Shown: piece after piece, positions 36,443 through 46,280 of the stretch
Layout of the letters: each line of letters opens with the position of its first letter
Position numbering within the stretch: position 1 is the stretch's first letter
NCBI GenBank assembly: GCA_964633745.1
Contig: CAZWHZ010000002.1
Span: 5,318-69,317 of the forward strand
Reading direction: 5' to 3'
DNA: 64,000 nt
Source of the DNA: an uncultured Acidimicrobiia bacterium
GTDB lineage: Bacteria; Actinomycetota; Acidimicrobiia; Spongiisociales; UBA4744
Position numbers and translations under genes: made by a program
The notes under the pieces: generated by a model
Database searches by the model: none
Told to the model about the DNA's origin: nothing
What the model saw: only the letters and a program-made list of their open reading frames with translations

Positions 36443-36970
36443 TCAGGCTTCTGTCGGGGTGCCGCCACTGCCCAGTGGGAACGACGTGTGCGCCGTCCAC
36501 GAGGCGCCGTCGGTCGCCCAGAGAGCGATCTCCTCCGCCCGCGCCGCGATTGGGAGGTGAGTGAGCAGGTCGTCGGTGATCGTTGCTGCGAGATGCTCAT
36601 CGTCCACATTCTCGGCGACCGTCAGGTGAGGAACGATGTCGTTGAACTTGCCCTCGTAGGGACGGAGACCGCTCCAGTGTTTCATCACCCGTTTGGTCAA
36701 CTCCCGAAACGAATCGGTGGGAGTCGGTGCCAGGTACACCACGCCGGGCCACTTGGCCACCGAATCGAGTGTGAACGAGAAGGAAGGCACCGACGAGGCG
36801 ACTTCCCGGACAGCCCGCAAGGTGTGCTCGGTCACGTGGTTCAAGAACGGATAGAGAATCGTGATGTGAGCGGGAATGCCCATCACGGACACCGGATCGA
36901 GCAGGGACCGCCATCGCCCGACGGCCTCTTCGGCCTCGGGCACCTCCACGAGCAGCGCAGACTCAAACAT
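36443..36970 (-). CDS. 2H phosphoesterase superfamily protein (LigT/2'-5' RNA ligase-like)
   Basis: Two H-x-T-x motifs (AHITIL and PHLTVA) at the typical spacing. Confidence 0.7.
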   Translation of the reverse strand: MFESALLVEVPEAEEAVGRWRSLLDPVSVMGIPAHITILYPFLNHVTEHTLRAVREVASSVPSFSFTLDSVAKWPGVVYLAPTPTDSFRELTKRVMKHWSGLRPYEGKFNDIVPHLTVAENVDDEHLAATITDDLLTHLPIAARAEEIALWATDGASWTAHTSFPLGSGGTPTEA

Positions 36971-37079
36971 CCTTCACCCATCGCAACCCTACCGTCCCGT
37001 GACCGGCACGGAACGGTAGGCTGTGTGGCGGCCACGAGCATTCCCCCAACCCGTCGCGGTGGGGAGAGAGGAGCCAACC

Positions 37080-37916
37080 ATGGCCAACAAGATCACCGTT
37101 CCGAGAATCATCGAGAGAAAAGGCGGCGAGCGTCTCGCGATGGTCACCGCCTACGACACTCCGGGCGCCAGAATCGCCGATGCAGCCGGCGTGGACATCA
37201 TCCTCGTCGGAGACTCGCTCGCGAACACCGTCCTCGGGTTCGACGACACGCTCCGGGTCGATATCGACGTCATGGTGCACCACACGGCAGCGGTCAGCAG
37301 AGCCAAGCCCAACGCCCTGGTCGTCGGCGACATGCCGTGGATGAGCTACCACGTGTCGAGAGAAGCCACCGTGGTCAACGCCGGCCGCCTGATCCGAGAA
37401 GGCGGGGCAGAGGCGGTCAAACTCGAAGGGGGCCGCAAGAGGGTACCGGTCATCGAGGCGATCATCGACGCCGAAATCCCCGTCATGGGTCACCTTGGGC
37501 TCACACCTCAGTCGGTCCACACAATGGGCGGCTACAAGGTCCAGGGCAAGCTCGGACCCGCGGCCAGGGAACTCATCGCCGACGCCGTGGCGCTCACCGA
37601 GGCAGGCGTGTTCTCGATCGTCCTCGAAGGCATCCCCGACCTGCTCGCCGGGATGGTCACGAAGGAGGTACCGGTTCCCACGATTGGCATCGGAGCGGGA
37701 GCCGACACGGACGGGCAAGTGCTCGTGTTTCACGACCTCCTTGGCCTCAACACCGGCCATGTCGCCAAGTTCGTTCGCCAGTACGCCGACCTCTACGGGA
37801 CCGCGGTCGAAGCGATGCAGCGCTACGTCGAGGATGTGCGAACGGGAGCGTTCCCGAGCGACGAGGAGAGCTACCACATGGGCAGCGAAGCGGCGGCCGA
37901 ACTGCTGGGCGGATGA
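37080..37916 (+). CDS. panB: 3-methyl-2-oxobutanoate hydroxymethyltransferase
   Basis: RBS GGAGAGAGGAG plus ATG 37080. Motifs MVTAYD, VGDSLANTVLG and VKLEGG are present. Confidence 0.9.
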   Translation: MANKITVPRIIERKGGERLAMVTAYDTPGARIADAAGVDIILVGDSLANTVLGFDDTLRVDIDVMVHHTAAVSRAKPNALVVGDMPWMSYHVSREATVVNAGRLIREGGAEAVKLEGGRKRVPVIEAIIDAEIPVMGHLGLTPQSVHTMGGYKVQGKLGPAARELIADAVALTEAGVFSIVLEGIPDLLAGMVTKEVPVPTIGIGAGADTDGQVLVFHDLLGLNTGHVAKFVRQYADLYGTAVEAMQRYVEDVRTGAFPSDEESYHMGSEAAAELLGG

Positions 37917-38338
37917 GAGCACTCCTCGTTGCGCTGCTCATCGCAGCAGGATGCACGTCGTCGGCGGCCGGCTGGCACGGATTCCCCGTGCGACAGATCG
38001 AGGTGGCCGGTCGGACCCTGACGGTCGCTGTCGCATCCACCACCGCTCAACGGTCCCAGGGGCTCGGTGGCGTTTCGGCACTCGAAGGGATCGAAGGGAT
38101 GCTGTTCGAGTTCCCGGACATCACAACGACGCGCTTTTGGATGAAGGACACGTTGATTTCCCTCGACATAGCGTTCTTCGCCAACGACGGGACCCTCATC
38201 GAGGCGCGCACCATGCCCCTCTGTGAAACCGACCCGTGTCCAACCTATGGGCCACCGGACCCGTACCGGTGGGCGGTCGAAGCGCCCGCAGGCGGGCCAC
38301 TCTCCGCCATTCCAGTCGGGTCGGTGCTGCTCCCTTGA
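37913..38338 (+). CDS. DUF192 domain protein with lipoprotein-type signal
   Basis: ATGA overlap with panB. The sequence is MRALLVALLIAAGCTS, then DUF192 motifs (GMLFEF...FWMKDTLISLDIAFF). It is the only credible part of the 616-aa ORF 36488..38338. Confidence 0.75.
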   Translation: MRALLVALLIAAGCTSSAAGWHGFPVRQIEVAGRTLTVAVASTTAQRSQGLGGVSALEGIEGMLFEFPDITTTRFWMKDTLISLDIAFFANDGTLIEARTMPLCETDPCPTYGPPDPYRWAVEAPAGGPLSAIPVGSVLLP

Positions 38339-38357
38339 CTAGATCGGGAAATCCAAG

Positions 38358-38379
38358 CCGGGTTCCCGCTTTCGGAGAC
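38358..38379 (+). repeat. Degenerate type-1 (CGGTT subtype) array 3' of the DUF192 gene
   Basis: CCGGGTT CCCGCTT TCGGAGA C. Compare CCGGGTT CTCGGTA AGAC at 48589. Confidence 0.35.
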
Positions 38380-38486
38380 GCCGCACGCCTGGCTACACTC
38401 CGACCGCTTCCCTCGGCGTATCGCCGAACCCTGCTCCGTCGAACGGCGGGGCCTTCCGCGAGGAGCGGATGTCCAAAGGAGGTGGA

Positions 38487-38774
38487 ATGCGAAGCTATGA
38501 GTTGATGACTATTCATCGGCCCGAACTGGCCGAGAGCGACTACCAGAAGCTCGTCGAGCAGACGGAGGAGTTCCTTCTGAGCCGGGGCGGGATGGTCGAG
38601 AAGCGGGACTTGTGGGGCAAGCGGCGTTTTGCCTACGAGATCAATCATCTTCACGAGGGTTACTACTCGGTACTGAACTTCCAGGCCGAGCCCGACGTGG
38701 TCGACGATCTCGACAGGGTTCTGTCGCTGGCGGACCTGGTGGTACGCCACAAGATCATCCGACCCGACGAGTAA
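38487..38774 (+). CDS. rpsF: 30S ribosomal protein S6
   Basis: AAGGAGGTGG RBS plus ATG 38487. The sequence MRSYELMTI...WGKRRFAYEI is S6-like. Confidence 0.95.
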   Translation: MRSYELMTIHRPELAESDYQKLVEQTEEFLLSRGGMVEKRDLWGKRRFAYEINHLHEGYYSVLNFQAEPDVVDDLDRVLSLADLVVRHKIIRPDE

Positions 38775-38840
38775 CCGTCGTTCTTGTCCCACCCGCGTGC
38801 CACGATGCAGGTGGGATGAACGGCAAGGAGAGAGATTTCA

Positions 38841-39284
38841 ATGGCGACCAACAACGTGACCCTCATCGGCAACCTCGTCGAGGACCCTGAACTTCGCTTC
38901 ACCCCATCCGGCGTCGCGATGGCCAAGATTCGGATTGCAGTCAACCGGAGATGGCGTGATCAGGGCGGCGAGTGGCAGGAGCAAACGAGCTTCTTCGGTG
39001 GCACCCTGTGGCGTGAGGCTGCAGAGAACGCCGCCGAATCTCTGCAGAAGGGCACGAGGGTGATCGTCGCCGGCAGTCTCGAACAGCGACAGTGGGAGAC
39101 CCAGGACGGAGACAAGCGGTCCGTCGTCGAACTTCGTATCGACGAGATCGGCCCATCACTCCGTTGGGCAACCGCATCGGTCACCAAGACCGCACGTGAC
39201 GGCGGAGACTGGGGCGGCTCGAAGCCGGCACCCGCCGCGCCGGTCGCTCGGGACGACTACGGCCCTGACGAGGCGCCGTTCTAG
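38841..39284 (+). CDS. ssb: Single-stranded DNA-binding protein
   Basis: OB-fold N-terminus ([34 protein letters not shown]), Gly/Pro-rich linker and acidic tail DEAPF. Confidence 0.95.
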   Translation: MATNNVTLIGNLVEDPELRFTPSGVAMAKIRIAVNRRWRDQGGEWQEQTSFFGGTLWREAAENAAESLQKGTRVIVAGSLEQRQWETQDGDKRSVVELRIDEIGPSLRWATASVTKTARDGGDWGGSKPAPAAPVARDDYGPDEAPF

Positions 39285-39295
39285 AGAGGACACAT

Positions 39296-39562
39296 ATGGC
39301 ACAGAAAGCGAAGTCGTCGTCACGGCGCAGAGGGCAGCAGACGAACCTGCGGCAACGCAAGCCGAAGCCCTGCTACTTCTGTAAAGAGAAGATCGACTAC
39401 ATCGACTACAAGGATGTAGCGGTGCTCAGGAACTACATGTCCGACCGCGCCAAGATCAGGGCACGGCGAGTGACGGGGAACTGCGCTCAGCACCAGCGCA
39501 AGGTCGCCCGCGCGATCCGCAACGCCCGTGAAATGGCCATTCTCCCCTACATCAAGCGATGA
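39296..39562 (+). CDS. rpsR: 30S ribosomal protein S18
   Basis: [29 protein letters not shown] signature. Confidence 0.95.
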   Translation: MAQKAKSSSRRRGQQTNLRQRKPKPCYFCKEKIDYIDYKDVAVLRNYMSDRAKIRARRVTGNCAQHQRKVARAIRNAREMAILPYIKR

Positions 39563-40005
39563 AGCTCATACTCATCGCCGATGTGCCCCAGTTGGGCGGA
39601 AAGGGAGACGTCGTCGACGTCTCGGAGGGTTACGGACGCAACTACCTGCTTCCGAAGAACCTCGCCGTGAAAGCCACTTCGGGCGCGCTGAAGAATGCCG
39701 AGGCATCGCTGCGTGTTCGAAGGGAGACGGACCGGCGGGAGTTCGAGGCAGCCGAGTCGATTGCCAAGACGCTCGTCGGGACACGAGTCGTCGTCGCTGC
39801 ACGCGCGGGCGACGAAGGAAGGCTGTTCGGTTCTGTGACACAGAATGACATCGCCGAAGGTGTCAAGAAGTTCACCGGCGTCGAACTGGACAAGAGCCGG
39901 ATCCAACTGACCGAACCGATCAAGAGCATCGGGCTCTACGAGATTCGAGTGAAGCTTCACCCCGACGTGGAGTTCCCACTCTCCCTGGATGTGATCCCCG
40001 CATAG
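39559..40005 (+). CDS. rplI: 50S ribosomal protein L9
   Basis: [32 protein letters not shown] signature. ATGA overlap with rpsR. Confidence 0.95.
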   Translation: MKLILIADVPQLGGKGDVVDVSEGYGRNYLLPKNLAVKATSGALKNAEASLRVRRETDRREFEAAESIAKTLVGTRVVVAARAGDEGRLFGSVTQNDIAEGVKKFTGVELDKSRIQLTEPIKSIGLYEIRVKLHPDVEFPLSLDVIPA

Positions 40006-40006
40006 C

Positions 40007-41371
40007 ATGACCGACCGCGCCACTTCGTCCGCTCCAAGCGGCTCAGTCCGCAGGATGCGGGTCGCCCCCCACAACCGGGAGGCGGAGGAGTCGGTCCTGG
40101 GCGCGATCATGCTGTCCGCCGAGGCTGCCAACCTCGTCATGGACAAGCTGGAGTCGGACGACTTCTACGTTCCGGCACACCAGGCGATCTTCGAAGCGAT
40201 CATCGATCTGTACAACGCCAACCAGCCGATCGACGCCCTGACGGTCTCCGACGCACTGCATCGCAAGGGTGAGCTGGATCGTATTGGCGGTGCCGGCTAC
40301 CTGTCGGATGTGATGGACGCCGTTCCTACGACATCCAACATCGAGTACTACGCCGGCATCGTCGAGGAGCATGGTCTGCGTCGCCGACTCATCCATGCGG
40401 GCGGAGTGCTCGGGGACCTCGCCATCATGACCGATCAGGAGATCTCGATCGTTCTAGACCAGGCGGAGCAAACGGTGCTGCGCGTCGCCGAGCATCGCGT
40501 CGGCGAAGGTCTCGTGCCCATGAGCCCATTGCTTCACGGTGCCTTGGAGACCATCGAAGAGATGGAGGCCCGTGGTTCCGAACTGACCGGACTCCCGACC
40601 GGTTTCAGAGACCTGGACAAGAAACTCGGCGGTCTCCAGCCGGCCAACCTCGTCGTCGTCGCCTCACGACCATCGATGGGCAAGAGCACCCTCGTGTCCA
40701 ATATCGCCACGAACGTAGCGATAGGCGGCGGTACCGTCGCGATCTTCTCCCTCGAGATGAGCAGGGAAGAGATCGTCCAGCGCCTGTTGTGCTCAACAGG
40801 TCGAGTCGACTCGATGAAGCTGCGCACAGGGCAGCTGGGGCCGCAGTTGTGGCAAAAAGTCGTCCACGCCGCGTCGAAGATGTATCAGATCCCGGTATAC
40901 ATCGATGATTCGCCGCAGCTCACCGTGACCGACATCCGCGCGAAGAGCCGGCGGCTGCGGCGAGCCCACGGCCTCCAATTGATCATCATCGACTATCTCC
41001 AGCTCATGCAGGGTTCGGCACGGGAGAACCGTCAGCAGGAGATCGCAGAGATCTCGCGATCGTTGAAGAACCTCGCTCGAGAACTCGACGTTCCGATCCT
41101 TGCCGTCTCGCAGCTGAACCGCAGCCTGGAATCTCGGGAAGACAAGCGTCCCCGCCTCGGCGACCTGCGGGAATCCGGTGCTATCGAGCAGGACGCGGAC
41201 ATCGTCATGTTCATCTACCGGCACGAGTACTACCACCCGGAAGCCCAAGATACGAAGGGGCTGGCCGAGGTGATCGTCGCGAAGCACCGGAGTGGTTCCA
41301 CGGGCATGGTGCAGATGACGTTCCTGCCCGAGTTCACCCTCTTCTCCGACCTCGGCCGGGATGTGGTGTAG
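40007..41371 (+). CDS. dnaB: Replicative DNA helicase DnaB (no intein)
   Basis: PHNREAEESVLGA N-terminus, Walker A SRPSMGKST and Walker B LIIIDYLQLM. Length is 454 aa. Confidence 0.95.
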   Translation: MTDRATSSAPSGSVRRMRVAPHNREAEESVLGAIMLSAEAANLVMDKLESDDFYVPAHQAIFEAIIDLYNANQPIDALTVSDALHRKGELDRIGGAGYLSDVMDAVPTTSNIEYYAGIVEEHGLRRRLIHAGGVLGDLAIMTDQEISIVLDQAEQTVLRVAEHRVGEGLVPMSPLLHGALETIEEMEARGSELTGLPTGFRDLDKKLGGLQPANLVVVASRPSMGKSTLVSNIATNVAIGGGTVAIFSLEMSREEIVQRLLCSTGRVDSMKLRTGQLGPQLWQKVVHAASKMYQIPVYIDDSPQLTVTDIRAKSRRLRRAHGLQLIIIDYLQLMQGSARENRQQEIAEISRSLKNLARELDVPILAVSQLNRSLESREDKRPRLGDLRESGAIEQDADIVMFIYRHEYYHPEAQDTKGLAEVIVAKHRSGSTGMVQMTFLPEFTLFSDLGRDVV

Positions 41372-41388
41372 GCCCGCTTTTGCGGGCC
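41371..41388 (+). terminator. Hairpin immediately after the dnaB stop
   Basis: GGCCCGC-TTTT-GCGGGCC, 7-bp GC stem, overlapping the last base of the TAG. Confidence 0.6.
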
Positions 41389-41391
41389 GTC

Positions 41392-41416
41392 TTGGTCATG
41401 GGTTGTCGGTAAGACC
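41392..41416 (+). repeat. Degenerate type-1 array after the dnaB terminator hairpin
   Basis: TTGGTCA TGGGTTG TCGGTAA GACC. Confidence 0.5.
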
Positions 41417-41653
41417 GTTGTCCTGGTGTCCCGTGTTGTTCGAGGTCGCGTAGGCCGGTCACAGCCTGCTGGAGGCCATCGGTACCGACCGACACCGAAA
41501 CAGGCTCCTCGTTGCACGGGCCTGTTGGCCTCTTCGTGAGTGCAGCGTAGGGGGGCTCTCGTTGCGGTAGGAGGCTGTGTGCGGCAGCTGGTCGGCTGCC
41601 GGCTGAGAGAGGCTCGCCTGGCCCTGCGGTCTGGTGTGGTTCCAGGCTGCTTG

Positions 41654-41670
41654 CTGAAGACTGAAGACTG
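41654..41670 (-). repeat. Type-1 array, inverted orientation
   Basis: Plus strand CTGAAGA CTGAAGA CTG, which on the minus strand is CAG TCTTCAG TCTTCAG. Confidence 0.65.
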
Positions 41671-41692
41671 GCGGTTCGCTTGGCGAACCGCC
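41670..41692 (+). other. Perfect 10-bp stem-loop abutting a heptad array
   Basis: GGCGGTTCGC-TTG-GCGAACCGCC directly after CTGAAGACTGAAGACTG. Confidence 0.55.
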
Positions 41693-41763
41693 GCTCGCTT
41701 GCTGTCGCGAACGGAATGGTCCGCGTATCCGATAGTGTTGAGGCATCTGATCATGGAGGACCG

Positions 41764-44151
41764 ATGGGCATCAGCCGAGTGGCAGTACTGGGATCGGGAG
41801 TCATGGGACAGGGCATCGCTGCGCAGCTCGCAAACGCGGGCATTCCCTCCTACTTGTTCGACATCGCTCCGACAGAGCTGACCGACGCCGAGAAGGCACG
41901 AGGTCTCACGCTCGCCGACGTACACAACCGCATATCGGCTGCCGGGCTGGAAGCGATGCAGCGCGCGAAGCCGGCGCTGCTGTACCGCAAGGACTTCGCG
42001 TCATTCGTGACGGCCTGCAACTACGAGGACGATCTCGACAAGCTGGGAGAGGTCGACTGGATCGTCGAAGTGGTCGTCGAACGGCTCGATATCAAACAGA
42101 AGGTGTTCGCCATGGTTGACGAACATCGAGTGCCCGGGACGGTCGTTTCGTCCAATACCTCCGGGCTGTCGGTCGCTGCCATGGCGGAAGCGAGAAGCGA
42201 CGACTTCCGGAGGAACTTCCTCGTCACCCACTTCTTCAACCCCGTGCGCTACCTGCATCTACTCGAACTGGTGCCGTGCGTCGACACGGACCCCGCCGTC
42301 CTGGCGGCGATGGCCGACTTTGGATCGAGAGTTCTCGGCAAGGGCATCGTCTACGGCAAGGACACCCCGAACTTCGTCGGCAACCGTATCGGCACGTTCG
42401 CCATGACCTCGGTGTTTCACTGGATGACCGAGCTCGGGGTCGGCATCACCGAAGTCGACAAGATCTTTGGACCGGCAACCGGCCGCCCCAAGTCGGCCAT
42501 CTTCCGGACCGCAGACGTCGTCGGCCTCGACACGATGGTCCATGTACTGCGCACCATCGCGGACGGATCTGACGACGACCCGTGGCGCGAACGCTTCGTT
42601 CCCCCAGCCGCCCTGGTGACGCTCGTCGAGAGGGGTGATCTCGGTGAGAAGACGGGCACGGGTTTCTACAAGAAGACGCGCGACGCCGAAGGAAATCGAG
42701 AGATCCTCGTCCTCAACCTCGACACGATGAAGTACGAGACGCAGCCGAAGGTCCGGTTCGACTCGATCGGAGCTGCGCGAAACCTCGAGGATGTGCGTGA
42801 TCGGGTGCGCGAGATCGTCTGGTATGAAGACGTTGCAGGGCAGCTCGCCTGGAAGACGACCGCCGAAACCTGCATCTACTCGGCCGGCCTGCTTGGTGTC
42901 ATCTCCGATGACCCCGTCAATATCGACAGAGCGATCCGCTGGGGGTTCAACTACGAACTCGGACCGTTCGAGACGTGGGACGCGATCGGTGTCGAGGCCT
43001 CAGTCAAGCGGATGCGTGAAGAAGGCATGACGATCCCACCAGTTGTCGACACGATGCTCTCGGAGTCGGACGGCACGTGGTACGTGCGACGCAGCGGCGC
43101 CCTCCACTATTGGGATGTCAACGCGAACGAGTACCTGCCTGTCCCCGGGATGGGCGACATCATCTCGATCGCGGACCTCGGCATCATCGAAGAGAACGAC
43201 GGCGCGACGCTCTACGACATGGGAGATGGTGTAGGACTCGTCGAGTTCCACACCAAGATGAACTCGATCGACGCGCAGATCATCGAGATACTCGACAAGG
43301 CCGTGGAGAAGGTGGACGGCGGAGAGCTGGTCGGGCTGGTGGTCGGGAGCGAAGCCGCCAACTTCTCCGTCGGGGCCAACATCGGCCTGGTTGGCATGCT
43401 GGTCATGTCCAACATGTGGGACGAGCTCGGTGGAGCTATCGCGGGTATCCAGAACGCCTACATGAGGATGAAGTACTGCAAGGGGCCGGTTGTCGTGGCG
43501 CCGCGAGGGATGGCACTCGGCGGCGGCTGCGAGGCGGTGCTGCACGGTGATCGTGTTCGAGCGTCTGCAGAGACATACATGGGGCTGGTCGAGCTGGGCG
43601 TCGGACTGATTCCGGCCGGTGGCGGATGCAAAGAGATGGCGTTTCGTCACTACGGCAGCGTGCCGGCCGGCGTCAACGCCAATCTGTTCCCGTTCATGGA
43701 GAAGATCTTCAGGACAATCGGACTGGGAACCGTGTCGACGAGCGCAGAAGAAGCCAGGGATCTCGGGTACCTGCGACCAACCGACATGGTCCACCTCAAC
43801 CCGGATACCCTTCTGGCGGCCGCCAAGAAAGACGTGCTCGCCCTCGTCGAAGGCGGGTACAAACCGCCGAGGCCAGGCTCGGTGAAGGTGCCTGGGAGGG
43901 ACGGCGCCGCGGCGGTCAAGATCGCGGCGCACGGCATGCGGGGCGGCGGGTACATCAGTGAGTACGACCAGCACCTCGCCAACAAGCTCGGGTATGTGAT
44001 CTGTGGAGGCGACGTTGCTCAGGGCACCGAACGGACCGAGCAAGAGATGCTCGACCTGGAGCGTGAGGTGTTCCTCGAGCTATGTCACGAGGAGAAGACG
44101 ATCGAACGAATCCAGCACATGCTGGCAACCGGCAAACCGTTGAGGAACTGA
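41764..44151 (+). CDS. Bifunctional 3-hydroxyacyl-CoA dehydrogenase / enoyl-CoA hydratase (FadN-type, dehydrogenase domain N-terminal)
   Basis: GGAGGA RBS plus ATG 41764. NAD motif VAVLGSGVMGQGIA, with a crotonase domain in the C-terminal third. I do not consider the listed 41680 extension to be coding. Confidence 0.85.
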   Translation: MGISRVAVLGSGVMGQGIAAQLANAGIPSYLFDIAPTELTDAEKARGLTLADVHNRISAAGLEAMQRAKPALLYRKDFASFVTACNYEDDLDKLGEVDWIVEVVVERLDIKQKVFAMVDEHRVPGTVVSSNTSGLSVAAMAEARSDDFRRNFLVTHFFNPVRYLHLLELVPCVDTDPAVLAAMADFGSRVLGKGIVYGKDTPNFVGNRIGTFAMTSVFHWMTELGVGITEVDKIFGPATGRPKSAIFRTADVVGLDTMVHVLRTIADGSDDDPWRERFVPPAALVTLVERGDLGEKTGTGFYKKTRDAEGNREILVLNLDTMKYETQPKVRFDSIGAARNLEDVRDRVREIVWYEDVAGQLAWKTTAETCIYSAGLLGVISDDPVNIDRAIRWGFNYELGPFETWDAIGVEASVKRMREEGMTIPPVVDTMLSESDGTWYVRRSGALHYWDVNANEYLPVPGMGDIISIADLGIIEENDGATLYDMGDGVGLVEFHTKMNSIDAQIIEILDKAVEKVDGGELVGLVVGSEAANFSVGANIGLVGMLVMSNMWDELGGAIAGIQNAYMRMKYCKGPVVVAPRGMALGGGCEAVLHGDRVRASAETYMGLVELGVGLIPAGGGCKEMAFRHYGSVPAGVNANLFPFMEKIFRTIGLGTVSTSAEEARDLGYLRPTDMVHLNPDTLLAAAKKDVLALVEGGYKPPRPGSVKVPGRDGAAAVKIAAHGMRGGGYISEYDQHLANKLGYVICGGDVAQGTERTEQEMLDLEREVFLELCHEEKTIERIQHMLATGKPLRN

Positions 44152-44166
44152 GGAAGCGAGAAGCAC

Positions 44167-45312
44167 ATGAGCGTTGTCGTCACCCATGCCTACCGGACAG
44201 CGGTCGGCAAAGCGTACAAGGGATCCCTACGAGAGACTCGACCCGATGAGCTTCTTGCGCTGTTGATCCAGGGGTTCCTGGAGCGGACCCCTGAACTCGA
44301 CCCGGCGTCGATCGACGACGTCATCATCGGCTGTGCAATGCCGGAAGGCGAGCAAGGAATGAACGTTGGCCGGATCTCCGCCCTACGAGCAGGCCTCCCA
44401 CTCGAGACGCCGGCGATGACGATGAACCGCTTCTGCAGCTCCGGGCTGCAGACCCTCGCAACGGGTGCCGCGCACATCTCAGCCGGCTTCTCCGACATCA
44501 TCCTGACGGGCGGGGTCGAGTCGATGACGATGATTCCCATGGGCGGTAGCAAGCCGGCGCCGAACCCGTGGCTTGCTGAGCACATGCCCACAGCGTACGA
44601 GTCGATGGGGATGACGAGCGAGAACGTGGCCGAACGCTTCGGGGTCGACCGCGGAGAACAGGATCGTTTCGCGCTCGAATCGCAACGACGAGCGGTTGCG
44701 GCGCAGAGAGCAGGCAAGTTCGCCGACGAGATCATTCCCGTCGCCGTAAGCGCCGACGGCAAGGGGTTCACGTTCGACACCGACGATGGGCCCCGGGAGA
44801 GCACCCTCGAAGGACTTGCCAAGCTGAGGCCGGCGTTCAAGATCAACGGAACTTCGACCGCCGGCAACTCGTCGCAGATGTCCGACGGAGCCGCTGTCGA
44901 GCTGCTCATGACAAAGGAGCGCGCTGCGGATCTGGGCTTCGAGCCACTCGCCGAACTCGTCACCTATCAGGTAGCGGGTGTCGATCCGGCGATTATGGGC
45001 ATCGGACCGTCGGTCGCCATCCCGAAAGCTTTGAAGGCCGCAGGTTTGAGCCTTGATGACATCGGCTTGATCGAGTTGAACGAGGCGTTCGCGAGCCAGG
45101 CGGTCTACTGCGTGCGCGAGCTTGGCATCGATCCGGAGAAGGTGAACGTCAACGGCGGCGCGATCGCACTTGGCCATCCGCTGGGGTGCACCGGCGCCAA
45201 GCTCACGGCGACACTGTTGCACGAGATGAAGCGCCGTGACGTCGGGTACGGCATCGTGAGTATGTGCATCGGTGGCGGTATGGGAGCCGCAGCGATCTTC
45301 AAGAAGAGCTGA
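44167..45312 (+). CDS. fadA: Acetyl-CoA C-acyltransferase (thiolase)
   Basis: Active-site Cys region NRFCSSGLQ and C-terminal motifs [18 protein letters not shown] and MCIGGGMG. Confidence 0.9.
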   Translation: MSVVVTHAYRTAVGKAYKGSLRETRPDELLALLIQGFLERTPELDPASIDDVIIGCAMPEGEQGMNVGRISALRAGLPLETPAMTMNRFCSSGLQTLATGAAHISAGFSDIILTGGVESMTMIPMGGSKPAPNPWLAEHMPTAYESMGMTSENVAERFGVDRGEQDRFALESQRRAVAAQRAGKFADEIIPVAVSADGKGFTFDTDDGPRESTLEGLAKLRPAFKINGTSTAGNSSQMSDGAAVELLMTKERAADLGFEPLAELVTYQVAGVDPAIMGIGPSVAIPKALKAAGLSLDDIGLIELNEAFASQAVYCVRELGIDPEKVNVNGGAIALGHPLGCTGAKLTATLLHEMKRRDVGYGIVSMCIGGGMGAAAIFKKS

Positions 45313-45319
45313 CAGCGGA

Positions 45320-45343
45320 GTGGTTGGCCCATGGACCAACCAC
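45320..45343 (+). terminator. Hairpin after the fadA stop
   Basis: GTGGTTGG-(8 nt)-CCAACCAC, 8 nt after the TGA. No U-tract. Confidence 0.45.
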
Positions 45344-45354
45344 GTAAGGGGCAT

Positions 45355-45368
45355 CTAGTACCTCGTAT
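45355..45368 (+). repeat. Type-2 heptads 3' of fadA
   Basis: CTAGTAC CTCGTAT. GTACCTCGTA (45358-67) is the exact reverse complement of 45412-45421. Confidence 0.6.
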
Positions 45369-45411
45369 GGGCCCGGCCGCCCCGCGGTCGAAGAGCGGGT
45401 CGCGAATGTGG

Positions 45412-45424
45412 TACGAGGTACGGC
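45412..45424 (-). repeat. Type-2 heptads directly 3' of the EamA transporter gene
   Basis: Minus strand after the stop reads GCC GTACCTC GTACCAC. Confidence 0.55.
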
Positions 45425-46276
45425 TCACAACGTGAGCCTGTCGCCTCTTCCTGCCGAGATGCCTGCGGCGATCACCAACGCCACACCCACCCACGACCAC
45501 ACGTCGCCAGGCTCGGAGAGGAACACCGCGGCCCATATCACCGCGGAGGCCGGCTCGATGTAGGAGGCGATCGCGATGGTCGTGACGGGCAGGATGCTGA
45601 TCAGCGACCAGTAGATGGTCAGGCCTAATCCGGTGAGGCCGATCCCGAGGAGGGAGATCTGCCACCAGTGGGCCGGTATCTCATGAAGGGCGGACACCGC
45701 CCAGGGGGTCGAGACAACCGCGGCGACCGCCATTTGCAGTCCTGCCAGCTTCAACCCGCCCACGGCCTGAGCCGCCGGCTTGCCTATCAGAACCATCACC
45801 GCGAACGTCGCAGCAGCGATCAGGGCTGCGACGACTCCTTCGACAGTTGCTCCCCCGTGTGGGCGGGCCACCAAGATCACGCCACCGAGAGCGACGGCCA
45901 GACTCACGACCGAGCCGGCACTGAGGGGCTCTCCGAGGATCCTCGGAGAGAGGGTGGCGATCGCCACCGGACCCAGATAGACGACAACGATGGCGACGGC
46001 GACGGTGGTCGTGTCGATCGCCCAGAAGAAAGCCGCCCAATGGATCGCCAAGAGCACACCCAGGCCGGCGATGCGCGCGAGGGGGTCGGTGCGGCGCAGC
46101 CGCAGGCCCCCGCGGATGGCGAGAACGCCCAGCACCGTTAGCGCACCGAACCAGAGGCGAAGCGCTGCGAGTTGCTGAGAGGAGAGGGGTACGGATCGGA
46201 CGATCAGAGGGATGGTTCCCCATGCTGCGGCCAGAGCCGCCATGACGGCGACCAGCACAGGGCGGGATCGGTTCAT
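45425..46276 (-). CDS. EamA/DMT family transporter
   Basis: Ten hydrophobic helices in two EamA-like halves. Confidence 0.75.
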   Translation of the reverse strand: MNRSRPVLVAVMAALAAAWGTIPLIVRSVPLSSQQLAALRLWFGALTVLGVLAIRGGLRLRRTDPLARIAGLGVLLAIHWAAFFWAIDTTTVAVAIVVVYLGPVAIATLSPRILGEPLSAGSVVSLAVALGGVILVARPHGGATVEGVVAALIAAATFAVMVLIGKPAAQAVGGLKLAGLQMAVAAVVSTPWAVSALHEIPAHWWQISLLGIGLTGLGLTIYWSLISILPVTTIAIASYIEPASAVIWAAVFLSEPGDVWSWVGVALVIAAGISAGRGDRLTL

Positions 46277-46280
46277 CCGG

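Noticed and set aside
36488-38338. 616-aa ORF, the longest-looking plus-strand ORF in this region
   Set aside because: Its translation is Arg/Pro/Gly-rich nonsense for about 470 aa. It is antisense to the LigT-like gene and out of frame over panB. Only the last 141 aa (DUF192, from ATG 37913) look real. This is a typical GC-rich shadow ORF.
41680-41763. Upstream TTG start for the fadN-type gene
   Set aside because: The extension covers the heptad and hairpin element. A GGAGGA RBS sits immediately before ATG 41764, where the NAD-binding motif begins.
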